Origin: Raillietiella orientalis
Lineage: Eukaryota
Length of the DNA: 64,000 nt
Assembly: GCA_036172245.1 (NCBI GenBank)
Contig: JAYWIR010000078.1
Location: forward strand, 1-64,000
Direction: 5' to 3'
In this document: one piece after another, positions 38,178-49,100 of the stretch
Layout: each line of letters opens with the position of its first letter
How positions within the stretch are numbered: the stretch's first letter is position 1
Made by a program: the position numbers and the translations under genes
The notes under the pieces: generated by a model
The model's input: the letters and a program-made list of their open reading frames with translations, nothing else
Told to the model about the DNA's origin: nothing
Database searches by the model: none

Positions 38178-40200
38178 CGGACGTCTCTTGCGGTGATCAC
38201 ATGGATCTCCTGCAGGAGCGCCAGGTCGAATTCTCTCAGGGTGTCGGCTGTATCTCGCCTGTTGCCGTCGTCGCGCAGCCCGTTGACATTCCAACAGGCC
38301 ACGCGGATCCGACGCCGACAGGCTAGCCCAGGGGTTATTCCTGGGAAAGTGGCAGTGCGGCTCCCGCCATCTAATCGGGCGTGACGGAGGGGGGAGGGGG
38401 TGCATCGCGCACCGGTTCTCCCTCCTCCATGGGGACCAATTCCGCGGCAGGCCTCATCGGTGGGAGGGGGCGGGTATCACCTACCTACTCGTCCTCCTCC
38501 ATGGGGGCCGATTCGTCTGCTGGGCTGGTCGGTGGAAGGGGGCGGTTGTCACTTACCTGCTTCCCCTCCTCCATGAGGGTGGCCAGCTGCTCGGTCACGG
38601 GGAGTGGGCAATTCCCTTGCTCCGTTCCCACGCTGCCGGCTTCGCCCTCGGCTACCGGTGCGTCCCCCTCCTTCTTGGTAGGGATGCACCTCCTTGGATT
38701 CTTGGACTTCCGTCCTGTCTTCTTGGGAGGCGCCTCCGCGGAGGAGGACGCACTTCTGGCATCAGGATCGGGATCATCTGCCTCAGGTGCCTTCGACGCC
38801 GCCGGCCTTCTCAAGGCCTTCCGCGCCGAGTTCTCACGGTCGACGAGTTCGGCCGCGAGCTCTTCCGCCGCCTGTTCGAAGGCGGCGTCCTCGATCACGG
38901 CGAGAGCGTCGCGCGGATCCCCTTCTGTTTGCACAGAGGGTTCGCCTTCGGAAATCGCGGCTTCGTCACAAACGAGGCGGAGGATATCTCCCCCGGTGGC
39001 GGTCTCTGAGACTTTCACCCTCCAAGGCGACCAAACATTCGCGGAGCATTGCGCGGCGCTGTTTCCTATTTAAAGGATTCGCCGCTGTCTCCGCTTTCGG
39101 GCCTTCGGTTCTCTTGATTTTCTTTGGCTCGACCGTCCGCCAGCCCTCGTTCTCACCAGCGTCGTCGGGAGTTTTCTCGACCGGCGTTTGCTGGGAGGGT
39201 TCGGGCTCTAGCTTCTGGGTTCGCCTTGCTAGTGCCTCTTTAGGCTTCTTCGTTTGCTCCGCGAGTTTGCCCTTGGCTTTTTTCAAAAAAGAGGGAGCCA
39301 GAGTTTCTCTTTTTGGACACACTTTCCGGAGATGACCCTTTTTTCCGGAGTGGAAGCACTGGATGTGAGGGCATCGTTTTTTCAGGTGACCTGTGGCATC
39401 ACAGTGTCCACAGTACTTGGGTTTGCCCACGAACCAGACATCAACCGTCTCGTTGTTAATGTCCAGCTTGTGGGGTAACCGCAGTTTCCTTGCACAGTTA
39501 CACGCACTGCGGCCATGCCAATAAACAGCCCTCCATAGGTTTGGAAGATTGGGCTTGGTCCAGAGCGCGTGTACTGTGCCGTACTTATTGAGTTCCTCCT
39601 GCACGCCGGTTTTCGACATGCGGAGAGTAACTTAAGTGAGGTGCGCTACTACTGAGCGGTCCTCAGTCACTGGGAAGAGCTTTCTGCCCTCCAGTGTAAT
39701 GGGGGTGTTCAGCAGGCGCTGAACCAGCCTTGCATCCTTGCAAGTCAACTCCACCCGTTGACCTCCACTAAGCACGCAAAGATCTTCCAGCTCCTCCTCG
39801 TTAACGTTTAGCCGCTGCAACTTACTTTTGAAGTTGCGAGCGGTATTTCCTACAAATATATTGCCTACGTTATAAATCAGGGATGGCTTATAACCGTTTG
39901 CCCTGTAGGCGGTTTGTTCTGCAATGGCTTCAGCGGATGGTGCTGCAGCCACGGCGCTCTAGGTCCTCGTCGTGGGCGAAGACGGCTCCGAGGGGACGGT
40001 TGCCCTCGCTTCCGTGGGGGCAGTCGCCCCCACCTCCGTGGGTTGAGGAGAGGAACTAGCCTCTCCCCCCCAATTTCCATCGCGGTGTCCTCAGGCATTT
40101 CTTCCCTGGGACTTTCTGCACAGTTGCAGGTGTGGTGGATGTCGTTGGTTGCGGGTGACCGTCCGAAATCGCACCCGATGCAGAATCGGCTGCGAGCGCT
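38178..40200 (-). mobile_element. 5' part of an L1/Tx1-type element: disrupted ORF1 (two zinc knuckles) and start of APE endonuclease
   Basis: ORF1: ..KLFPVTED..VDVWFVGKPKYCGHCDATGHLKKRCPHIQCFHSGKKGHLRKVCP.., with a stop at 39632 and frameshifts. ORF2 start: RIRVACWNVNGLRDDGNRRDTADTLREFDLALLQEIH (38193-38310), with APE motifs WNVNG and LQE. Confidence 0.9.
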
Positions 40201-40239
40201 CGATTTTTCTTATATTTTTTTTCATTCTTTTTCTTTTTT

Positions 40240-40815
40240 TGTTTTTGCTCTTTTTTGTCTTTTTCTTCGTGACCGACGCATGTTTGATAGGATGGCGGCC
40301 GTAAAAGGGGCACACGAACTGGATGTGTCCCTTCGCGCCACAACGGTAGCACTCGATGTCGGGGCACCCCCTCTTCCGGTGCTGCGACTTGCCACAGTGA
40401 GCGCAAACGAGGGGCTTCCCTCGTACCAGACGTCGACGGGCAACCCGTCGGTCTGAGATCCAATCTGTGGGGTAGCGTTCCCCCTTCGCGGACGGTAATG
40501 CGCGCTGCTGCGAGGCCGCTCATCAGACCTATTGGTCCTTGGTATGCAGGGAAGACGCAGAGCTTCGCCCACAGTGCGTGCACTCCGCCAATATCCGGTG
40601 GACCGCCACCATGGTCGTCCTTACCGTGATGCCGGTGAAGTGCACGATCAGAAAACGGTCCTCCGTTACGGGGAAGAGCTGACGCCCTCCGATCACGATC
40701 GGGGTTCGCAATAGTCGCTGGACCATCGTCACAGCCGGAAATGTGCTGGAGACCACCAGGCGGCGAACGGATGTCACCGCGATGGCAGCCACGTACATCG
40801 GTGCAGCTGCAAGCT
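40240..40815 (-). mobile_element. Second, divergent ORF1 fragment of the same L1/Tx1-type family
   Basis: VQRLLRTPIVIGGRQLFPVTEDR (cf. VQRLLNTPITLEGRKLFPVTEDR) and frameshifted VDVWYEG..CAHCGKSQHRKRGCPDIECYRCGAKGHIQFVCP. Confidence 0.85.
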
Positions 40816-40819
40816 GGCA

Positions 40820-41227
40820 TCAGCTTGATGAGAAAACGAAGGAGATCGCCGGTATAGAGCGATGGGTTACAAATGAGTAGGAACGGTGAATCCCGGTGAC
40901 CCTAGTCCCCTGCCCTCCCTTATTTACTGAATTCTTGTTTTTTTCTTTATTCCCTGTGCCTGATCGCTTCGCAAATTTCCCGATGTTTTCCTTTTCTTCG
41001 ACTGGTTTCCGGTGCGTGCGGAACGTGTCCCAAGATCCCTGCCACAACCAACTCAATCTCATTTCTTTTTTTTTTTTGTCCCCTTGTCCCTCGCCCGTTC
41101 GGGACATCTAGTTTTCCCGGCCTGCGTCTCGGTGGACCTTCCCTTTTGAATATTGTATTCGGCGGTTGAGAACTTTTCCTCCCAACTGGTTATGGAAATG
41201 AACGCCTCGGCGTGACCGAGTGAAAAA
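40820..41227 (+). mobile_element. Short 3'-end fragment (ORF2 tail and 3' UTR) of the L1/Tx1-type family
   Basis: LDEKTKEIAGIERWVTNE* resembles REIAGTHRRF* and EDIACIHRRFTNS*. UTR shares cccaactggtt and ends aatgaacgcctcggcgtgaccgagtgaaaaa. Confidence 0.8.
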
Positions 41228-41234
41228 CCTTAAC

Positions 41235-42480
41235 GTCCGCCTGGTGGCAGGTGCGCGCGATATACGAGCTCACATTGTCAACGAGATGTGCGCAGCCATG
41301 CACACGCGCAACTTGGCTGGAGGTGCCGAGGGGTCGAACACCATTCGTCTCATGTCCCTCGACGACCACCTGTGCGCTCGGGTGGGAGATCGTGGAGCAC
41401 TCCCATCAGAGGGTGTCGGCTGTCGGTGGAGTTGCGGACTTCACGGTGCGAACCCGCAAGACCCCTGGCGAGCGAAAGGCAGCGAAGGATTGCCTTCGAT
41501 CGCCGGTGCATACGAAAGCAGCCTGGGCTATTGCGGCCATCAGCTGCACCACACGGCTGCTCTCATGAAAAACAACACGTCAATCCACTGCCCCCACGCG
41601 AAGTGTACTGTCTGGCTTTAGGAGCAAGGATGCGCATGGGGAAAAATCGAGGGCTCGAGCGAGGTGGAATGCGCCTGCACCCGACAAGGAACCTCACACT
41701 GGATAGCCCCTGCAGTGGATGGTAAACAACCCACGCAAATTGCCTTGGCCCTCCTTCATCCCCCAAGATCCTCCAAAACGCTGCAGACAGAAACGAACGA
41801 GCATCGTGAAAAATGTCCTGCCTCATTGGAGACAGGAAAAAACGAATGAAGGCGTGGAAAGCTCGGCAGGTAATGGACGCTGCGACCACGAGTGTCGCGC
41901 CTAAAGAGCTCATCACCAGGGTCGACCTGCTCGCAACACAACCAGAGGAGGTGGAGTGACCCCGGCACATTGGAACAGCGGGACACTTACAATGCAGTGG
42001 CAACAGACGGCGTTTCTATTCTCCCTGCATCGGGGAATGCTATGCAGAGCGCTCCTCCCCCACAGGACTGTGGGGAGTTTGCTTGCAAGTTGTGCAGAGA
42101 GCGGTGAAAGGGAAACCTTCCCGCATCTCGTATTGCACTGCGTCGCCATCCGTGATCTTTCGTATCGACTCTTGTCCATTCTGAATCTTCCAGCAGGCGA
42201 CCATAAAACCAATAGACGGCGCCTCTACTGATGTGATTCACTGACCCCGCCGCGTCTCTGGCAGTACTCTGCAGTGTTTGCGGAAAAGTGACACGGTAGA
42301 ACGCCAAAAGAAGAAAGAAAAACAGCAGGGATGCCATGCACTGAACAGCGATCTTTTTCGACAGGACATCAAAACCACTCCACCGGAGAAATTCCAATGC
42401 AACACTTGTCAACATCCACAAGAGGATGCAGGGGAACGAACAGGACGAACGGAGGTTCATCCCGATCCATCCCTATCCCT
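41235..42480 (+). pseudogene. Possible decayed multi-zinc-finger coding remnant (e.g. N-terminus of an RLE-type retroelement)
   Basis: Scattered CxxC-like motifs in broken frames: IHCPHAKC, FACKLCRER*KGNLPASRIALRRH, FQCNTCQH. GC-rich. No intact ORF. Confidence 0.25.
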
Positions 42481-43180
42481 ATAAACAGCACCTTCTTCTC
42501 AATTCTGAATTTCTTACGTTAATATTTGTTTCGTTTTACCCTCCATTATGGGTATTGGAGAGAACCTCGCCGGATTCTGCAACGATCAATGGCAAGTTAT
42601 CCCGAAAAGTGGTAGCACAAAGAGTGAAATCACGAAAACCATATAACAACTTTAATGTCAAATCTTTCTGCCTTTTCAGCTTCAGTAAAAACAGCTAAGT
42701 CAAATCCGAATGATCAAAGTAGTCGTTGCCAGAACAACCATTCTCTGAGGGAAACTAAATTAAAATCCAACAATTAAAAAAGCAAACGGAGAATTATGCG
42801 CAATTGAAAACTCAAATAAAAAGAAAAACCATAGAAACCACATATCCCACAATCAGATTATTTCTCATTAACGACAGACAAAATTCACAGCGTGGAATGG
42901 AAGTGTGCTACAAATAGGAGGAACAACTGCAGCGAAGAAACAGGGCACAAGTCCTTAAAGGGAGGAACAATGCCTTCGAGATCAGGAAAACAGAATTTTT
43001 GCAAACACCGCACGAAACTGCTGAAACCTATGCCCATCCCACGTGACATGCAGAGGACAGCAGCCGCACGACAAGGTAAACCATTACGATGTGTGGGAAC
43101 CCTCTACTCACTCCTCGGACCATCCTGCAAATCCACCTACCGAACCGACCCGGCCACCGGCTTCACCCACCCGTGGTTCT
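41562..43180 (-). repeat. Non-tandem segment of the right inverted-repeat arm
   Basis: Reverse complement of 6254-7865 with scattered substitutions and a 9-bp indel near 41603. Confidence 0.95.
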
Positions 43181-46100
43181 CCATGGGAGCAATCCATCCC
43201 CCCACGAAACGTTCGGTAAAGAACATCCCTCATGTACTCCCCATGTCCCCGAATCCACGTTGAAGATCGCAATATTTTAACGGTCGATATCCTCAAAAAG
43301 TAGTATCCTTGCGCTAAGGGCTGCAACGGGCATGTTATCCATGCAACTTCGTTACTCATGCAATTTCCAGGTAGCGGTGCAAAGCAACCAAAAAGGAAGA
43401 GGAGAAAAAAAAAAAGGACACAAAAAAAAAAAACGTCCACCCTCCAATGGAAGCAGCACACACACAGTGCATCCCTCCCTGCTGAGAGGAAAAGGACGGC
43501 TTCCCGGTCGACCAGGTAGGCGGTTGCCCTCATTTGGAACGCTCGAGTCTCTGCTGTAATCATCCCTGCAACCACTTCGACCACCGGTTTCCGCACACGC
43601 GGCTCTCAGGGAGCAATCCATCCCCCAAGTAACGTTCGGTAAAGAACATCCCTCATGTACTTCCCATGTCCCCGAATCCACGTTGCAGATCGCAATATTT
43701 TTACGGTCGCTATCCTCAAAAAGTAGTATCCTTGCGCTAAGGGCTGCAACGGGCATGTTATCCATGCAACTTCGTTACTCATGCAATTTTCAGGTAGCGG
43801 AGAAAACCAAGCAAAAAGGAAGAGGAGAAAAAAAAAAAGGACAACAAAAAAAAAACAAACGTCCATCCTCCAATGGAAGCAGCACACACAGAGTGCATCC
43901 CTCCCTGCTAAGAGGAAAACGACAGCTTCCCGGTCGACCAGGTAGGCGTTTGCCTTCATTTGGAACGCTCGTGTCTCTCCGTCACCCATCCCTGTAACCA
44001 GCCCGACCACCGGTTTCCGCACACGCGGCTCTCAGGGAGCAATCCATCCCCCAAGTAACGTTCGGTAAAGAACATCCCTCATGTACTTCCCATGTCCTCG
44101 AATCGACGTTGCAGATCGCAATATTTTTACGGTCGCTATCCTCAAAATGTAGTATCCTTGCGCTAAGGGCTGCAACGGGCATGTTATCCATGCAACTTCG
44201 TTACTCATGCAATTTCCAGGTAGCGGTGCAAAGAAACCAAAAAGGAAGAGGAGAAAAAAAAAAAGGACACGGAAAAAAAAAACGTCCATCCTCCAATGGA
44301 AGCAGCACAGACAGAGTGCATCCCTCCCTGCTGAGAGGAAAAGGACAGCTTCCCTGTCGACCAGGTAGGCGGTTGCCCTCATTTGGAACGCTCGAGTCTC
44401 TTCCTCAACCATCCCTGTAACCAGCCCGACCACCGGTTTCCGCACACGCGGCTCTCAGGGAGCAATCCATCCCCCAAGTAACGTTCGGTAAAGAACATCC
44501 CTCATGTACTTCCCATGTCCCCGAATCGACGTTGCAGATCGCAATATTTTAACAGTCGATATCCTCAAAAAGTAGTATCCTTGCGCTAAGGGCTGCAACG
44601 GGCATGTTATCCATGCAACTTCGTTACTCATGCAATTTCCAGGTAGCGGTGCAAAGAAACCAAAAAGGAAGAGGAGAAAAAAAAAAAGGACACAAAAAAA
44701 AAAAACGTCCATCCTCCAATGGAAGCAGCACACACAGAGTGCAACCCCTCCCTGCTGAGAGGAAAACGACAGCTTCCCGGTCGACCAGGTAGGCGGTTGC
44801 CCTCATTTGGAACGCTCGAGTCTCTGCTGTAATCATCCCTGTAACCACCCCGACCACCGGTTTCCGCACAGGCGGCTCTCAGGGAGCAATCCATCCCCCA
44901 AGTAACGTTCGGTAAAGAACATCCCTCATGTACTTCCCATGTCCCCGAATCGACGTTGCAGATCGCAATATTTTTACGGTCGCTATCCTGAAAAAGTAGT
45001 ATCCTTGCGCTAAGGGCTGCAACGGGCATGTTATCCATGCAACTTCGTTACTCATGCAATTTCCAGGTAGCGGTGCAAAGAAACCAAAAAGGAAAAGGAG
45101 AAAAAAAAAAGGACACAAAAAAAAAACGTCCATCCTCCAATGGAAGCAGCACACACAGAGTGCAACCCCTCCCTGCTGAGAGAACGACAGCTTCCCGGTC
45201 GACCAGGTAGGCGGTTGCCCTCATTTGGAACGCTCGAGTCTCTGCTGTAATCATCCCTGTAACCACTTCGACCACCGGTTTCCGCACACGCGGCTCTCAG
45301 GGAGCAATCCATCCCCCAAGTAACGTTCGGTAAAGAACATCCCTCATGTACTTCCCATGTCCCCGAATCGACGTTGCAGATCGCAATATTTTAACAGTCG
45401 ATATCCTCAAAAAGTAGTATCCTTGCGCTAAGGGCTGCAACGGGCATGTTATCCATGCAACTTCGTTACTCATGCAATTTCCAGGTAGCGGTGCAAAGAA
45501 ACCAAAAAGGAAGAGGAGAAAAAAAAAAAGGACACAAAAAAAAAAAACGTCCATCCTCCAATGGAAGCAGCACACACAGAGTGCAACCCCTCCCTGCTGA
45601 GAGGAAAACGACAGCTTCCCGGTCGACCAGGTAGGCGGTTGCCCTCATTTGGAACGCTCGAGTCTCTGCTGTAATCATCCCTGTAACCACTTCGACCACC
45701 GGTTTCCGCTCACGCCGCTCTCATGGAGCAATCCATCCCCCAAGTAACGTTCGGTAAAGAACATCCCTCATGTACTTCCCATGTCCCCGAATCGACGTTG
45801 CAGATCGCAATATTTTAACAGTCGATATCCTCAAAAAGTAGTATCCTTGCGCTAAGGGCTGCAACGGGCATGTTATCCATGCAACTTCGTTACTCATGCA
45901 ATTTCCAGGTAGCGGTGCAAAGAAACCAAAAAAGAAAAGGAGAAAAAAAAAAGGACACAAAAAAAAAAAACGTCCATCCTCCAATGGAAGCAGCACACAC
46001 AGAGTGCAACCCCTCCCTGCTGAGAGGAAAACGACAGCTTCCCGGTCGACCAGGTAGGCGGTTGCCCTCATTTGGAACGCTCGAGTCTCTGCTGTAATCA

Positions 46101-49100
46101 TCCCTGTAACCACCCCGACCACCGGTTTCCGCACACGCGGCTCTCAGGGAGCAATCCATCCCCCAAGTAACGTTCGGTAAAGAACATCCCTCATGTACTT
46201 CCCATGTCCCCGAATCGACGTTGCAGATCGCAATATTTTAACAGTCGCTATCCTGAAAAAGTAGTATCCTTGCGCTAAGGGCTGCAACGGGCATGTTATC
46301 CATGCAACTTCGTTACTCATGCAATTTCCAGGTAGCGGTGCAAAGAAACCAAAAAAGAAAAGGAGAAAAAAAAAAAGGACACAAAAAAAAAAACGTCCAT
46401 CCTCCAATGGAAGCAGCACACACAGAGTGCAACCCCTCCCTGCTGAGAGGAAAACGACAGCTTCCCGGTCGACCAGGTAGGCGGTTGCCCTCATTTGGAA
46501 CGCTCGAGTCTCTTCCTCAACCATCCCTGTAACCAGCCCGACCACCGGTTTCCGCACACGCGGCTCTCAGGGAGCAATCCATCCCCCAAGTAACGTTCGG
46601 TAAAGAACATCCCTCATGTACTTCCCATGTCCCCGAATCGACGTTGCAGATCGCAATATTTTAACAGTCGATATCCTCAAAAAGTAGTATCCTTGCGCTA
46701 AGGGCTGCAACGGGCATGTTATCCATGCAACTTCGTTACTCATGCAATTTCCAGGTAGCGGTGCAAAGAAACCAAAAAGGAAGAGGAGAAAAAAAAAAGG
46801 ACACAAAAAAAAAAACGTCCATCCTCCAATGGAAGCAGCACACACAGAGTGCAACCCCTCCCTGCTGAGAGGAAAACGACAGCTTCCCGGTCGACCAGGT
46901 AGGCGGTTGCCCTCATTTGGAACGCTCGAGTCTCTGCTGTAATCATCCCTGTAACCACCCCGACCACCGGTTTCCGCTCACGCCGCTCTCATGGAGCAAT
47001 CCATCCCCCAAGTAACGTTCGGTAAAGAACATCCCTCATGTACTTCCCATGTCCCCGAATCGACGTTGCAGATCGCAATATTTTAACAGTCGATATCCTC
47101 AAAAAGTAGTATCCTTGCGCTAAGGGCTGCAACGGGCATGTTATCCATGCAACTTCGTTACTCATGCAATTTCCAGGTAGCGGTGCAAAGAAACCAAAAA
47201 GGAAGAGGAGAAAAAAAAAAAAGACACAAAAAAAAAAAACGTCCATCCTCCAATGGAAGCAGCACACACAGAGTGCAACCCCTCCCTGCTGAGAGGAAAA
47301 CGACAGCTTCCCGGTCGACCAGGTAGGCGGTTGCCCTCATTTGGAACGCTCGAGTCTCTGCTGTAATCATCCCTGTAACCACCCCGACCACCGGTTTCCG
47401 CACAGGCGGCTCTCAGGGAGCAATCCATCCCCCAAGTAACGTTCGGTAAAGAACATCCCTCATGTACTTCCCATGTCCCCGAATCGACGTTGCAGATCGC
47501 AATATTTTTACGGTCGCTATCCTGAAAAAGTAGTATCCTTGCGCTAAGGGCTGCAACGGGCATGTTATCCATGCAACTTCGTTACTCATGCAATTTCCAG
47601 GTAGCGGTGCAAAGAAACCAAAAAGGAAGAGGAGAAAAAAAAAAAAGACACAAAAAAAAAACGTCATCCTCCAATGGAAGCAGCACACACAGAGTGCAAC
47701 CCCTCCCTGCTGAGAGGAAAACGACAGCTTCCCGGTCGACCAGGTAGGCGGTTGCCCTCATTTGGAACGCTCGAGTCTCTGCTGTAATCATCCCTGTAAC
47801 CACCCCGACCACCGGTTTCCGCACACGCGGCTCTCAGGGAGCAATCCATCCCCCAAGTAACGTTCGGTAAAGAACATCCCTCATGTACTTCCCATGTCCC
47901 CGAATCGACGTTGCAGATCGCAATATTTTTACGGTCGCTATCCTGAAAAAGTAGTATCCTTGCGCTAAGGGCTGCAACGGGCATGTTATCCATGCAACTT
48001 CGTTACTCATGCAATTTCCAGGTAGCGGTGCAAAGAAACCAAAAAGGAAGAGGAGAAAAAAAAAAAGACACAAAAAAAAAAAACGTCCATCCTCCAATGG
48101 AAGCAGCACACACAGAGTGCAACCCCTCCCTGCTGAGAGGAAAACGACAGCTTCCCGGTCGACCAGGTAGGCGGTTGCCCTCATTTGGAACGCTCGAGGC
48201 TCTGCTGTAATCATCCCTCTAACCACTTCGACCACCGGTCTCCGTTCACGCCGCTCTCATGGAGCAATCCATCCCCCAAGTAACGTTCTGTAAAGAACTT
48301 CCCTCATGTACTTCCCATGTCCCCGAATCGACGTTGCAGATCGCAATATTTTAACAGTCGATATCCTCAAAAAGTAGTATCCTTGCGCTAAGGGCTGCAA
48401 CGGGCATGTTATCCATGCAACTTCGTTACTCATGGAATTTCCAGGTAGCGGTGCAAAGAGACCAAAAAAGAAAAGGAGAAAAAAAAAAAGGACACAAAAA
48501 AAAAAAACGTCCATCCTCCAATGGAAGCAGCACACACAGAGTGCAACCCCTCCCTGCTGAGAGGAAAACGACAGCTTCCCGGTCGTCCAGGTAGGCGGTT
48601 GCCCTCATTTGGAACGCTCGAGTCTCTGCTGTAATCATCCCTGTAACCACTTCGACCACCGGTTTCCGCTCACGCCGCTCTCATGGAGCAATCCATCCCC
48701 CAAGTAACGTTCGGTAAAGAACATCCCTCATGTACTTCCCATGTCCCCGAATCGACGTTGCAGATCGCAATATTTTAACAGTCGATATCCTCAAAAAGTA
48801 GTATCCTTGCGCTAAGGGCTGCAAAGGGCATGTTATCCATGCAACTTCGTTATTCATGCAATTTCCAGGTAGCGGTGCAAAGCGACCAAAAAGGAAGAGG
48901 AGAAATAAAAAAAGGACACAGAAAAAAAAAACGTCCATCCTCCAATGGAAGCAGCACACACAGAGTGCATCCCTCCCTGCTGAGATGAGAAGGAAGGCTC
49001 CCCGGTCGACCAGGTAGGCGGTTGCCCTCATTTGGAACGCTCGAGTCTCTTCCTCAACCATCCCTGTAACCAGCCCGACCACCGGTTTCCGCACACGCGG

